Sequence record: MN850609.1
Length of the DNA stretch: 64,000 nt
Origin: Escherichia phage dhaeg
Reading direction: 5' to 3' (one strand)
Shown here: positions 1-9,143 of the stretch, in pieces
Position numbering within the stretch: position 1 is the first letter of the stretch
How the letters are laid out: the number at the start of each line of letters is the position of its first letter
Notes under the pieces: model-generated
What the model was told of the DNA's origin: nothing
The model's input: only the letters and a program-made list of their open reading frames with translations
The model's database searches: none
Program-made: the position numbers and the translations under genes

Positions 1-16
1 CATTTATCTAACCTTA

Positions 17-511
17 ATGCACGCCTTCGCTGAACGCGCCATTGAACGTTTAGACTCAGACCAATATACCTGGTATGAACCTACTTCAAGAATGCAAGAG
101 TTTGGTACTCTTCGACTTGACGGTGGGCGTCAAACAGGTAAAACAAGTGCCATTGCCCAGTTCGCAGCTGATTGGGTTTCCAAGGGTAATGATGTGATTG
201 TTATGTCAAGTTCTTCGCACCGGTCACGCGAAATTTGTAATGTAATAAAAAGGGTTTCTAAGGCCCAACCACACCTTCAAGTAGAAGGTCCTGGGTTTGT
301 TGTATATGATACCGTACGTTCATTTTTAGACGAAGATAACTTCCATAAGTATCGTGGTCTATCAGTTACTCGATTATTGATTATTATCGAAGAGCCAATG
401 CGCCTTCCAGCGATGGATAAGTTCTATGAAGCTTACCAGGTAATGATGAATAAATTTATGTGCCAGGGTTCTAAACCTCTGCCGCTGTTCTTTGTGATAG
501 GAATGCAATGA
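17..511 (+). CDS. hypothetical protein with Walker A-like motif (GGRQTGKTS); frame open to window edge so N-terminus may lie upstream
   Basis: 164-codon ORF; GxxxxGKT motif; stop overlaps next start. Confidence 0.45.
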   Translation: MHAFAERAIERLDSDQYTWYEPTSRMQEFGTLRLDGGRQTGKTSAIAQFAADWVSKGNDVIVMSSSSHRSREICNVIKRVSKAQPHLQVEGPGFVVYDTVRSFLDEDNFHKYRGLSVTRLLIIIEEPMRLPAMDKFYEAYQVMMNKFMCQGSKPLPLFFVIGMQ

Positions 512-804
512 TGACTGATGAAGAGCTTTTTGAGTTCTGTTATTTCTCACGTAAGGTTCGAAGAGAGGACCTTACTACAAATTTCGAATATGCTTATTTC
601 TATCCATTAGAATATGTATTCATGTCAGGGCCCTTTAAGGGCTCTCGTTTTAGATGTCATGCCCCAAGCATCCGATTAATGAAACAGGTTCCTTACTTCA
701 CTCTCGAGTTCATCTCTGGGCCGTGTAAGGGTATTATTACTCGCAGTCTCTTGACGTATGACCAAGAGATTCATATGATTTCTGACTGGAAAAAATATGT
801 CTAA
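508..804 (+). CDS. hypothetical protein
   Basis: 98-aa ORF, ATGA overlap with upstream ORF. Confidence 0.4.
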   Translation: MMTDEELFEFCYFSRKVRREDLTTNFEYAYFYPLEYVFMSGPFKGSRFRCHAPSIRLMKQVPYFTLEFISGPCKGIITRSLLTYDQEIHMISDWKKYV

Positions 805-1015
805 ATTGACAATTGAAGGCTCTGATGAAGCTCTGAAGAGATTTGTTGAATGGTTTAATGGGCCGGGTGAACAAGACTTTCTGGAAGTCTGGGACGGCGG
901 CCAATGGAATGGTAAAGAAATTGTTTACCCAACTACTTATATCTCCGTGCAAGGTTGGACTGAAGGCCTTCGTTTGGTGGAATATGATATCGCAACTGGC
1001 GAGGAAGTGAAATGA
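797..1015 (+). CDS. hypothetical protein
   Basis: 72-aa ORF, overlapping start/stop with neighbours. Confidence 0.4.
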   Translation: MSKLTIEGSDEALKRFVEWFNGPGEQDFLEVWDGGQWNGKEIVYPTTYISVQGWTEGLRLVEYDIATGEEVK

Positions 1016-1290
1016 TTGAAGACATCAAAGGTTACAAGCCACATACCGACGATAAAATAGGTAAAGTGAATGCCATTAAAGATGCTGAAGTTCGATTGGG
1101 CTTAATCTTTAAAGCATTAGAAGAAGAATATGTTGAAGCCTTTACATGCTCCGGTGTTGATAAAATGAGTGATGAAGAATTCGACCTTACTCATGAACGC
1201 CTCGCCCAGATTCGTACGGCAATCGAACGCTTGAAAGAAGCATCCATGTGGGCCTGTCGTTCCGTTTTCCAACCGGAAGAGAAATACTAA
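1012..1290 (+). CDS. hypothetical protein
   Basis: 92-aa ORF, coupled to neighbours. Confidence 0.4.
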   Translation: MIEDIKGYKPHTDDKIGKVNAIKDAEVRLGLIFKALEEEYVEAFTCSGVDKMSDEEFDLTHERLAQIRTAIERLKEASMWACRSVFQPEEKY

Positions 1291-1499
1291 TGAAAATCGA
1301 AAGTTTGCAAGAATTCCAACGTATCATCAGTGAAGCCTGTACTGGCTACCACAAATACTTGCTTGACGACCAAATGGCTTGTATTGAAGAAGGTGAATTG
1401 CAGTACGCAGCCCAGCGCCTTGAACAGGTGAAAGAGTTTTATCCGGTGCTGGTAGAAATTTGTTCTGCTGTCGGAAAACTTACCCCATTCCAAGAATAA
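1290..1499 (+). CDS. hypothetical protein (start moved to internal ATG at TAATG overlap)
   Basis: ORF 1248-1499; ATG at 1290 overlaps upstream stop. Confidence 0.4.
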   Translation: MKIESLQEFQRIISEACTGYHKYLLDDQMACIEEGELQYAAQRLEQVKEFYPVLVEICSAVGKLTPFQE

Positions 1500-1503
1500 A
1501 GCA

Positions 1504-1532
1504 GTTTACATCTCCTGTAGACGTGGTACTAT
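1504..1532 (+). promoter_or_regulatory. early sigma70-type promoter (GTTTAC -35, TACTAT -10) with spacer/SD inverted repeat CTCCTGTAG/CTACAGGAG
   Basis: GTTTAC, 17-bp spacer, TACTAT; conserved AGACCTATCAACT block downstream. Confidence 0.65.
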
Positions 1533-1560
1533 AGACCTATCAACTACAGGAGATTACAAA

Positions 1561-2019
1561 ATGTCAGAAATTAATTCAGAAGTATTCATCCGCCGCAACA
1601 AATTACGTCGTCAGTTCGAAACCGAATTTCGTGAACTTAACGCGTCCATCAAAAAAGCCGCCATTAAGAGCGGTGTCCCAGCTTTCTTTATTAAGTACTC
1701 TAATCACTTGTTGGACCGTGCTATCCAACGTGAAATTGACGAAAAATATGTTTTCTCTTTGTTCAAGAAGCTCCATAATCATGTTAAAGAAATCCATGAA
1801 TTTTTAATCCAGGAGCCTCTTCCTGACATAGAATCTGAAATTGTCCCAGGTAAAGTGTATCGTCCACTGCGTCTCGAGATTACCGATAAAACCTTATGGT
1901 TGGGTATGACCGTAGATCGTAAACATCCTGATAAAGGATATTCATTAAAATGTCGTATGGCATTTGTTAATTCTAAACGTTTAGAAGGTAAAACCAGCAC
2001 GAAAGTAATCTATCTTTAA
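1561..2019 (+). CDS. regB: RegB endoribonuclease (cleaves GGAG in early mRNA Shine-Dalgarno regions)
   Basis: 152 aa; close match from memory to T4 RegB (EVFIRRNKLRR, HLLDRAIQREIDE, RLEITD); synteny upstream of tk. Confidence 0.85.
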   Translation: MSEINSEVFIRRNKLRRQFETEFRELNASIKKAAIKSGVPAFFIKYSNHLLDRAIQREIDEKYVFSLFKKLHNHVKEIHEFLIQEPLPDIESEIVPGKVYRPLRLEITDKTLWLGMTVDRKHPDKGYSLKCRMAFVNSKRLEGKTSTKVIYL

Positions 2020-2031
2020 TAATGAGGTCTC

Positions 2032-2571
2032 ATGAAAAAAGTATTAGCCACTTTACTATTGACAGTTAGTATGTCTGCCTATAGCGTAGAGCCTACTTTC
2101 AGTAATGAACAACTCGATAATTTACATTATGCGTATGCTTTCGGTGAACAATACCAAAAGTCGGGAAAGTTCAAAGAAAACCCTAATCAAAAAGGATTAG
2201 GATATATAATGGCCGGATTATTATGGCAGGAATCATCTGCTGGAATTAATCAAGGTTTAAATAAAGATAAGCACCATGCTTATGGCATGTTCCAAAATTA
2301 CTTGCCTACGTTAAGAAGTCGTGTTCAACAGGTAGGTTGGAAGATGTCAGACAAAGAAATAATTCGCATGGTCCAAAAACGACAGAACAGTGCCTCTTGG
2401 GCCTACATTGAGCTGTCTTATTGGATTGATGTTCACAAAGGTGACCTGAGAAAAGCGATTGCTTCTTATAATGCGGGCTGGAATGTCAAAGCAGGCAGTA
2501 AATATGCTTCCGAAGTTCTAGAAAAGGCCAATTACCTAAAATCTAAAAAGATGTTTGAGGCGGTATATTAA
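2032..2571 (+). CDS. secreted lytic transglycosylase (SLT domain) protein
   Basis: N-terminal signal peptide; SLT-like motifs WQESS, GMFQ, SYNAGW. Confidence 0.55.
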   Translation: MKKVLATLLLTVSMSAYSVEPTFSNEQLDNLHYAYAFGEQYQKSGKFKENPNQKGLGYIMAGLLWQESSAGINQGLNKDKHHAYGMFQNYLPTLRSRVQQVGWKMSDKEIIRMVQKRQNSASWAYIELSYWIDVHKGDLRKAIASYNAGWNVKAGSKYASEVLEKANYLKSKKMFEAVY

Positions 2572-2928
2572 ATGATTAAACAGATGACTATAGCGCTTAT
2601 GTTGATTGCTCCGGGAGTATTAGCATCACAGGTTGATGATACAAATAATTCAATTGTCGAGTATGCCACCCGTACAGCAAAAGATTATTGTCATCCGAGT
2701 AATACTGAATGTGTTATTGAATTCAGTTCAAAAATAACAGCTGCTTTTAAAGATGGACAGAACGACGTCGAGCATCGCCGAATGAAAGAGAAAACTCTTT
2801 CTAAAAGATACGAGCAACGTCTAAACGTTACTGAATGTGTTCCGTCTGATAAAAAGTACAAAGAAATGTGCGCGTCTATGGTAGACAGACTCGTTGACTC
2901 TTACAACCGAGGGCTAAACTCTAAATGA
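2572..2928 (+). CDS. secreted hypothetical protein
   Basis: 118 aa, signal-peptide-like N-terminus, cysteines. Confidence 0.45.
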   Translation: MIKQMTIALMLIAPGVLASQVDDTNNSIVEYATRTAKDYCHPSNTECVIEFSSKITAAFKDGQNDVEHRRMKEKTLSKRYEQRLNVTECVPSDKKYKEMCASMVDRLVDSYNRGLNSK

Positions 2929-3404
2929 TTATTGATTATATTAAGGGCGATATCGTCGCCCTGTTTCTTCAAGGTAATATTATTGCACACGGGTGCAACT
3001 GTTTTCATACTATGGGTTCAGGTGTGGCTGGTCAATTAGCAAAGGCCTATCCTAAAATATTAGAAATTGATAAGACCACTACTGAATATGGTTCTCGTGA
3101 TAAATTGGGTGATATGTCTATTGTTTTTAAACATAAGCCTAATGGATTTGCAATGTGCTATAATTTATACACCCAATACGAACCAGGCCCTAATCTTGAT
3201 TACGGTGCTTTAGTAAACTGTATGATAGAATTAAATCTACAAGCAAATGACCTTTTGTTTAAACCAAGAATTTATATTCCTCGCATTGGTTGTGGTATTG
3301 CTGGTGGTGATTGGGACAAGGTTTCTAAATTAATCGACATGTTTACTCCTGATATTGATTTAATAGTGGTGGATTATGAAAGCACATTACCCACATCCGT
3401 TTGA
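2925..3404 (+). CDS. macro domain protein (ADP-ribose binding / ADP-ribosylhydrolase fold)
   Basis: 159 aa; Gly-rich macro motif NCFHTMGSGVAGQLAKAYP; ATGA overlap upstream. Confidence 0.6.
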   Translation: MIIDYIKGDIVALFLQGNIIAHGCNCFHTMGSGVAGQLAKAYPKILEIDKTTTEYGSRDKLGDMSIVFKHKPNGFAMCYNLYTQYEPGPNLDYGALVNCMIELNLQANDLLFKPRIYIPRIGCGIAGGDWDKVSKLIDMFTPDIDLIVVDYESTLPTSV

Positions 3405-3588
3405 CCCTAAAAATAAAGCTGAAATTATTCGGCGCTGGACTGAAACTCGAGTAACCAAATGCCCTATAAAAAGTCAGCATAACACCGATAAATGGTATAT
3501 TGGTGAATATGTTGAATATACTTTTATAGATAAAAATAAACGTAAACAGCATGTAGAAGAATATTGCTTAAAGGTACAATGGTTATGA
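3376..3588 (+). CDS. hypothetical protein
   Basis: 70-aa ORF overlapping macro gene end; GGTGG RBS. Confidence 0.3.
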   Translation: MKAHYPHPFDPKNKAEIIRRWTETRVTKCPIKSQHNTDKWYIGEYVEYTFIDKNKRKQHVEEYCLKVQWL

Positions 3589-3791
3589 GCCAAGCCCGAA
3601 TTCTTAAAACAGCCAAATGTGAAAAATGCGAATGGCCGGTAATCGCAGCTTTATGCAACGATGAAATGAATTGCGAATATGATTACTGGTGGTACTGTTC
3701 TAATAAAGGATGTTCTAATCATAAAGGTGAAGGTTTTCATTCTGGTTATTGCGAACATCCTAAATTTGTGCGATATGGTGAACCTAAATGA
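3585..3791 (+). CDS. Cys-rich small protein (putative zinc-binding)
   Basis: ATGA overlap at 3585; CxxC and several Cys/His. Confidence 0.4.
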   Translation: MSQARILKTAKCEKCEWPVIAALCNDEMNCEYDYWWYCSNKGCSNHKGEGFHSGYCEHPKFVRYGEPK

Positions 3792-3973
3792 GTTTGAGTA
3801 AAGAACAGAAAGACAAATTGTTTGAGCTTATCCATGAGCTTTTGGATGAACATGCCGAAGCAAACGCTTTTTACGATGAATATGGCCCGATAGATGCCGA
3901 CCATCAGGAAGAATTTGCTAATCGATTTGATGAGAAAGAAAACGAATTAATTGCTTATGTGAATAGTCTTTAA
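3788..3973 (+). CDS. hypothetical acidic protein
   Basis: 61-aa ORF, ATGA overlap. Confidence 0.4.
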   Translation: MSLSKEQKDKLFELIHELLDEHAEANAFYDEYGPIDADHQEEFANRFDEKENELIAYVNSL

Positions 3974-3982
3974 GAAGGTAAT

Positions 3983-4555
3983 ATGGCTCAACTTTATTTT
4001 CACTATGCGGCAATGAACTCAGGTAAGACAGCTTCATTGCTAACGGCGGCTCATAACTACAAAGAACGTGGTATGGGCGTGCTCCTTTTAAAGCCTGCGA
4101 TAGACAATAGAGAATCAAGCCATACCATTTCGTCTCGTATAGGGATTAGTCAAGAGGCTAATGCAGTGACTCCGGATATGGACCTATACGAGTTCTATCG
4201 TTGGGCTGAATCTCAAAAAGATATCCACTGTGTGTTTGTGGATGAAGCACAGTTCTTAGAACCTGCACAGATAAAACAACTGGCAAAGATAGTAGACAAT
4301 TATAATGTTCCAGTTATGTGTTATGGACTAAGAACTGATTTTCAGGGTAAACTGTTTCCTGGTTCTGCCGAATTACTCGCTACGGCAGATAAACTCGTTG
4401 AGTACAAAGGTGTGTGCCATTGTGGCCGTAAAGCTACTATGACTGCTAGGGTCCAAGATGGTATCGCAATTAAGGACGGAGCCCAAGTTTCTATAGGTGG
4501 CAACGATTCTTACGTGTCATTGTGCAGGAAGCACTGGATAGAAATAACGAGTTGA
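3983..4555 (+). CDS. tk: thymidine kinase
   Basis: 190 aa; P-loop MNSGKT; C-terminal Cys zinc motif; TK1-family signature. Confidence 0.9.
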   Translation: MAQLYFHYAAMNSGKTASLLTAAHNYKERGMGVLLLKPAIDNRESSHTISSRIGISQEANAVTPDMDLYEFYRWAESQKDIHCVFVDEAQFLEPAQIKQLAKIVDNYNVPVMCYGLRTDFQGKLFPGSAELLATADKLVEYKGVCHCGRKATMTARVQDGIAIKDGAQVSIGGNDSYVSLCRKHWIEITS

Positions 4556-4562
4556 GGGTACT

Positions 4563-4841
4563 ATGGACCTAAATTCAAAGATTTTAATTCTAGCGTTCGC
4601 TGTGGCCATCTCTTATATTGTTCTTTCGCCCATCATGGATGATGTGGCTTACAAAAGAGAGATAGAAGTTGTAGCAGCGACGTATAATGCTAATAATAAA
4701 GAATGTCCTAATAAAAATGGAATGGATTTAATTAAAGCGCATTATATGCTTTCCATTACCTCGCCTATACAGAGGAATTGGGTTGAATATAATTTTAACG
4801 ACGTGTTCTATTCTTATTGTCGTAAGCTTAAAAAGCTATAA
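4563..4841 (+). CDS. small membrane-anchored protein
   Basis: 92 aa, N-terminal transmembrane helix. Confidence 0.45.
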   Translation: MDLNSKILILAFAVAISYIVLSPIMDDVAYKREIEVVAATYNANNKECPNKNGMDLIKAHYMLSITSPIQRNWVEYNFNDVFYSYCRKLKKL

Positions 4842-4844
4842 ATA
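4837..4844 (+). promoter_or_regulatory. candidate T4-type late promoter TATAAATA
   Basis: exact TATAAATA octamer about 90 nt upstream of rI-like gene. Confidence 0.3.
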
Positions 4845-4934
4845 GTAATACTAACCGTAGAGCTTTAGCTTTTGGTAATCGCTATCGGTTAAGGCCGAAA
4901 GGCAAATTCGTATAAAATAACAAAGGACTTTTGT

Positions 4935-5228
4935 ATGGGTATTTTCCGTACAGTGGCTTGTATCCTTATGATTGGATGTTTAAGCCCGACATCTTCACTA
5001 GCAAACAAATCCGACCCTAAATTGATGGATGCCTTTGCTAGTAGTGCGATGCCAGTTTATGCGCAAATGAGTAAACCTAGTGTAAAGGCTTCCGAAGACT
5101 ACTGGGCTTATGTAACTGCTTCTTGGAAAATTTCAAATTGCAATACAATAGAGTCTTGCTCGATTGAAGGTCGGGCTATCGGAGAACGATACGCTAAACT
5201 AATGAAGGTAGATGATGAAATTCAATGA
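4935..5228 (+). CDS. rI: rI-like lysis inhibition regulator (periplasmic, signal-anchor)
   Basis: 97 aa; N-terminal TM/signal; C-terminal similarity recalled to T4 rI; synteny next to tk. Confidence 0.5.
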   Translation: MGIFRTVACILMIGCLSPTSSLANKSDPKLMDAFASSAMPVYAQMSKPSVKASEDYWAYVTASWKISNCNTIESCSIEGRAIGERYAKLMKVDDEIQ

Positions 5229-5598
5229 TTTCGTACTTAGTCGAGGGACTGAAGTAGATTCTTATATTGGCTGGCTGTTGGTTTCTTTAGCCTATTTTAA
5301 GTCAGCCCATTTGGAAACCAAAAGCTATGCAAGACACAAAGCATATGACTTCTATTATACAGAAGTTCAAGGACCACTAGACCAGTTCAGTGAACAGTAT
5401 TTAGGATTTAGTGGCAAAGAATATAAAGCATCACTACCGTCTGCTTCAGAACTGCCTAAAGACCCCATAGATTTTCTTGATGAACTTATTAAAGCGTCTG
5501 ATAAAATCTACAAAAATCTTCCTAAGGCCATCCAATCGACTTTGGACGACATCACTGGTGTCTTTTACCAGACTAAGTATTTGTTAACGTTAGAATAA
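5212..5598 (+). CDS. hypothetical protein
   Basis: 128-aa ORF followed by terminator. Confidence 0.45.
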   Translation: MMKFNDFVLSRGTEVDSYIGWLLVSLAYFKSAHLETKSYARHKAYDFYYTEVQGPLDQFSEQYLGFSGKEYKASLPSASELPKDPIDFLDELIKASDKIYKNLPKAIQSTLDDITGVFYQTKYLLTLE

Positions 5599-5603
5599 TC
5601 AAA

Positions 5604-5629
5604 GGTCTCACTTCGGTGGGACCTTTTTT
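5604..5629 (+). terminator. rho-independent terminator
   Basis: GGTCTCAC-TTCG-GTGGGACC hairpin plus T6. Confidence 0.75.
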
Positions 5630-5638
5630 CGTTTTAGT

Positions 5639-5667
5639 GTTTACATCCTCTAGGAACGTGATACTAT
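5639..5667 (+). promoter_or_regulatory. early promoter (GTTTAC / TACTAT)
   Basis: GTTTAC, 17-bp spacer, TACTAT, AGACCTATCAACT block. Confidence 0.65.
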
Positions 5668-5695
5668 AGACCTATCAACTAATGAGGAGAATAAA

Positions 5696-5926
5696 ATGAA
5701 AACCATCACCAACCTGAAAGTTATCGATATCGCTAAAGCTTCTAAAGCACTTAAAGTTAAAGCTGAAGATTTTGAAAACGCTACCTTTGCTATTATCGAA
5801 CAAAACGGTAAAGTAACTGGTTTAGAAGTTTATGAAGCTACTAAGTTCCAATCACAGCCTAAAATGGTTATTGGTACTAAATCTGTAGCTATCGAAAAAG
5901 CTTTGGCATTATTCGAAAAAATTTAA
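5696..5926 (+). CDS. hypothetical protein
   Basis: 76 aa; GAGGAG RBS. Confidence 0.5.
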   Translation: MKTITNLKVIDIAKASKALKVKAEDFENATFAIIEQNGKVTGLEVYEATKFQSQPKMVIGTKSVAIEKALALFEKI

Positions 5927-5939
5927 TGAGGAAAATATT

Positions 5940-6122
5940 ATGTTAACTACCGAACAGATTGAGAAAATTATCAAACTCGCCCAGCACATTGAAAACGCAT
6001 CCAATGACCTGGCTGTTGAATATTGTGAAGGTTATTCGTATTCCGGAATAGAGCAGTGTAAACGAGATTTGGCTAACTCTAAAGCAGCCTTGGTTGAGTA
6101 TCTTAATGGGTTGAAAGCATAG
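5940..6122 (+). CDS. hypothetical protein
   Basis: 60 aa; GAGGAAAA RBS. Confidence 0.45.
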   Translation: MLTTEQIEKIIKLAQHIENASNDLAVEYCEGYSYSGIEQCKRDLANSKAALVEYLNGLKA

Positions 6123-6379
6123 TGGCCGTTGGATTTGCTAAGGACGGGGCCGAACAGCTCGAAATGGAAGCGGTCGTACAGGCCGCTATAGTACACGCCC
6201 GTAAGCAAGTAGCAGTTGAACGTGAATCGGCTAAATATTGTTTTGATTGTGATGAAGAGATTCCTGAAGCACGACGTCAAGCTATTAAGGGTGTGATATA
6301 CTGTGTAGGTTGTCAGTCAATGCATGATGAAATTTTTAAACGTGAGCCACGTAACTGTTGGCATAGGAGCATGAGATGA
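6122..6379 (+). CDS. TraR/DksA-family C4 zinc-finger protein (likely RNA polymerase secondary-channel binder)
   Basis: CFDCDEEIPEARRQAIKGVIYCVGCQ matches TraR/DksA zinc-finger signature; GTG start overlapping upstream stop. Confidence 0.6.
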   Translation: MAVGFAKDGAEQLEMEAVVQAAIVHARKQVAVERESAKYCFDCDEEIPEARRQAIKGVIYCVGCQSMHDEIFKREPRNCWHRSMR

Positions 6380-6470
6380 TTTACTATCTTGAACCTTGGG
6401 CTTGGCTTACAATGCTTATTGGTCCAGTTTTAATAGGTTTATTCTTTTCACGGTTAGCGAGGAAACTGTA

Positions 6471-6680
6471 ATGTTATACGACCCGAGTGGTAATTCTGAA
6501 GATGGTGTTATTGTTTTGAAACCTGAAACATTAGCAGGTTCAGGTGATGATATGACTGTTGAAGTGGTAGAGTGGAATCTTATTAAAGGCGGAATTGTCC
6601 TGGAACAAGATGACGAGGTCATTTATCTGGATGCAAGCCAAGTCGAAGAGCTTTATAGTATTTTAAAACATAACCGGTGA
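6471..6680 (+). CDS. hypothetical protein
   Basis: internal ATG with GAGGAA RBS in ORF 6396-6680. Confidence 0.4.
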   Translation: MLYDPSGNSEDGVIVLKPETLAGSGDDMTVEVVEWNLIKGGIVLEQDDEVIYLDASQVEELYSILKHNR

Positions 6681-6683
6681 TTT

Positions 6684-6866
6684 ATGAAAACCAAAGAAAA
6701 GCACTTAAAGCTTGAAGAGCTTATCGAGGCCTATGCTGGTACAGTTGCCAGATTCGAAACAGCATTTTGTCACCATTACTCGGTTGATGATTGTACTAGG
6801 CTTTCTAAAGAAGAAGATAAAGCCCTTAAAGAATTGCTAAATTTTATTAAACAAAATGTGAAATGA
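6684..6866 (+). CDS. hypothetical protein
   Basis: 60-aa ORF. Confidence 0.4.
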   Translation: MKTKEKHLKLEELIEAYAGTVARFETAFCHHYSVDDCTRLSKEEDKALKELLNFIKQNVK

Positions 6867-6876
6867 GGAACGGAAA

Positions 6877-7437
6877 ATGATTATTGAAACATCTGGGCTG
6901 TTTGGTGACCTGACTGCTGAAGTAGTTGATAATGCAATTGTGCTTTCACAAGAAGACGATAAAATCGTACTGACTATCCAAGATATCAAGCCGCTTTATG
7001 ATTTAAAGGTTTTGGACAAACACGAATATCTTAATGGCAGATTTAGAGGTGTATTTGATATTAATGATGGTTTATGGGCCCAGATTTATAACCATGACAA
7101 AGGGTTTAATTTGGAAACAGACGGAGAATGTCTGAGCATTAGCGATTCTAGTAATTTCTTTAAATGTATTTTTAAACTGTTCCAGGAAGAATGCAAGCCG
7201 GAAGTTGAATGGAAAGTCCCTGGTCAAGATGCCGTAATTCGTTCTAGTGAAACATTTGAAGGTGATGAAGAAGAAATGGATTATGATACCGAACTAACCG
7301 TGTATCAACACCAGGGCCGTGATTTGCTATCCTTGGTCCAAAGACACGACGGTGAAAATGAAGTTGTATTTACGAAGGACGAGCTAAAAGTTTTAGTATC
7401 TTATCTGAACTCTGTTATCCCAACTATGAACTCTTAA
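6877..7437 (+). CDS. hypothetical acidic protein
   Basis: 186-aa ORF with GAGGAACGGAAA RBS. Confidence 0.5.
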   Translation: MIIETSGLFGDLTAEVVDNAIVLSQEDDKIVLTIQDIKPLYDLKVLDKHEYLNGRFRGVFDINDGLWAQIYNHDKGFNLETDGECLSISDSSNFFKCIFKLFQEECKPEVEWKVPGQDAVIRSSETFEGDEEEMDYDTELTVYQHQGRDLLSLVQRHDGENEVVFTKDELKVLVSYLNSVIPTMNS

Positions 7438-7446
7438 GGAAATATT

Positions 7447-7899
7447 ATGATTATCAATGAAAACTCTTGGCATGTTAAATTACATGACCGCTTTTATGCC
7501 AGTTATTCGCGTCCGCGATCATTATGCGCATACTTCTGGAAAATGGTTTGGGTGTGCTTTATGTGTTCTGTGCTTGCAGGTAGTACTATTTTCGGCTTAA
7601 CTGTTGCAGGTGCCGGTATATTGGAGCAGTTCTTTGTATTGAGTACTCCTGTTGGTTTAAGTTTAGGTTTTATTTTAGGACTGATTATAATAGCCCTTAT
7701 TCTAGCGGTAGCTTTTGGTTTGGTGTATGGTCTAATGAATTTATGGGCCCGGTACGATTTACGTAAAGAAGAAAAAGAATGGGAACGCATTAAAGCTAAA
7801 CGTGAAGGAAAGGAAATTAAAGAAAATGTTTTCATTCAATATATTAAAGCTCGTAAATCTAAGATGTGTCCGGTAATCCATTTTGAGGCTAAGAAATGA
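7447..7899 (+). CDS. integral membrane protein
   Basis: 150 aa, two or three hydrophobic helices, basic C-terminus. Confidence 0.5.
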   Translation: MIINENSWHVKLHDRFYASYSRPRSLCAYFWKMVWVCFMCSVLAGSTIFGLTVAGAGILEQFFVLSTPVGLSLGFILGLIIIALILAVAFGLVYGLMNLWARYDLRKEEKEWERIKAKREGKEIKENVFIQYIKARKSKMCPVIHFEAKK

Positions 7900-8906
7900 G
7901 AACAGTTATGAAAGGCTACTTCGGTAGCCACCTTTATGGAACAAGTACTCCGGAATCTGATGTCGATTTTAAAGAAATCTTTGTTCCACATCCGCGTGAT
8001 ATTCTGTTAGGTACGGCAATGAACCATACCAACCTGAACACGAATAACACTGCTTCCAAAAACACTAAAGATGATGTTGACCATGAGCTTTACAGTCTGA
8101 AATATTTCTTTAAACTAGCTGCTGAAGGCGAAACCGTTGCTCTGGATATGCTCCACACTCCGCCTGAAATGGTGGTTAAATCTGATTTACCTGATGTATG
8201 GAAATTTATCCAAGATAACCGTTCGCGTTTCTATACAACCAACATGAAAGCCTATTTAGGGTACGTCCGTAAGCAAGCTTCTAAATATGGTGTTAAGGGT
8301 TCTCGACTGGCTGCTTTACGTGGTGTACTGGCAATTGTTAACCAGATTCCTGAACAGTGGGTTGATTATCAAGAAGATGGTTCTACTAAGCAACGACGTA
8401 CTAAGGTAGAAGATATTAAGCACCGGCTCCCTGAAAATGAGTTCTGTGAATGGGTATTTCATAACCACGAGAAAACAGGTCCTCAAACGTTCTATACCGT
8501 CCTCGGTCGTAAATACCAAACTACTTTGTCATTAATCGAGCTCAAGCAATCTCTGAATAAACTTGATGCCGAATATGGTGAACGTGCTCGTAAGGCCGAA
8601 GCCAATGAAGGTATTGACTGGAAAGCTCTGAGCCACGCTTATCGTGCTGGATATCAGTTGAAGGAAATCTATCAAACAGGCGATTTGGTTTATCCACTTA
8701 AAAATGCTTCTATTATTAAAGCAATAAAAGCAGGTGATATGCCTTTTAAAGTGGTCCAAGGGCTGCTAGAAAACATTGTTGATGAAGTTGAAGTCCTGGC
8801 TGTACAAGCTCATAAGAACGGTATACCTGAGAAGGTGGACATGAAGTTCTGGGACAAGTTCGTCGAAGAGGTGTATCTTGACAACCACAACTCTTATTAC
8901 CGCTAA
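7896..8906 (+). CDS. nucleotidyltransferase-fold protein (Pol-beta superfamily motif GS...DVD)
   Basis: 336 aa; GSHLYGTSTPESDVDF motif; ATGA overlap upstream. Confidence 0.5.
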   Translation: MRTVMKGYFGSHLYGTSTPESDVDFKEIFVPHPRDILLGTAMNHTNLNTNNTASKNTKDDVDHELYSLKYFFKLAAEGETVALDMLHTPPEMVVKSDLPDVWKFIQDNRSRFYTTNMKAYLGYVRKQASKYGVKGSRLAALRGVLAIVNQIPEQWVDYQEDGSTKQRRTKVEDIKHRLPENEFCEWVFHNHEKTGPQTFYTVLGRKYQTTLSLIELKQSLNKLDAEYGERARKAEANEGIDWKALSHAYRAGYQLKEIYQTGDLVYPLKNASIIKAIKAGDMPFKVVQGLLENIVDEVEVLAVQAHKNGIPEKVDMKFWDKFVEEVYLDNHNSYYR

Positions 8907-9102
8907 AGAAGAAATCAAGGTTTTCCTGTCATATGGAAGACCTCATAAAACCTGTCGTTGGTATCTTGAAGTAGTTTGTAGAGAAACCGGTAGACGAATC
9001 AATTTCAAGTACGTATGCAAGCCTACGTCTAAGCAGATAAGACGGTGTATTAACTGGGCTATCAATAATATCCGCTTCCATAATTATTGGAGCGCAATTT
9101 AG
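8878..9102 (+). CDS. hypothetical basic Cys-containing protein
   Basis: 74-aa ORF overlapping end of upstream gene; stop abuts terminator. Confidence 0.3.
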   Translation: MTTTTLITAKEEIKVFLSYGRPHKTCRWYLEVVCRETGRRINFKYVCKPTSKQIRRCINWAINNIRFHNYWSAI

Positions 9103-9124
9103 GAACCTTCGGGTTCCTTTTTTT
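9102..9124 (+). terminator. rho-independent terminator (GGAACC-TTCG-GGTTCC + T7), copy 1 of repeated cassette
   Basis: perfect hairpin plus T-tract; identical hairpin at about 43401 and 63909. Confidence 0.8.
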
Positions 9125-9143
9125 GGGTTCAGCACAAAAAAGT

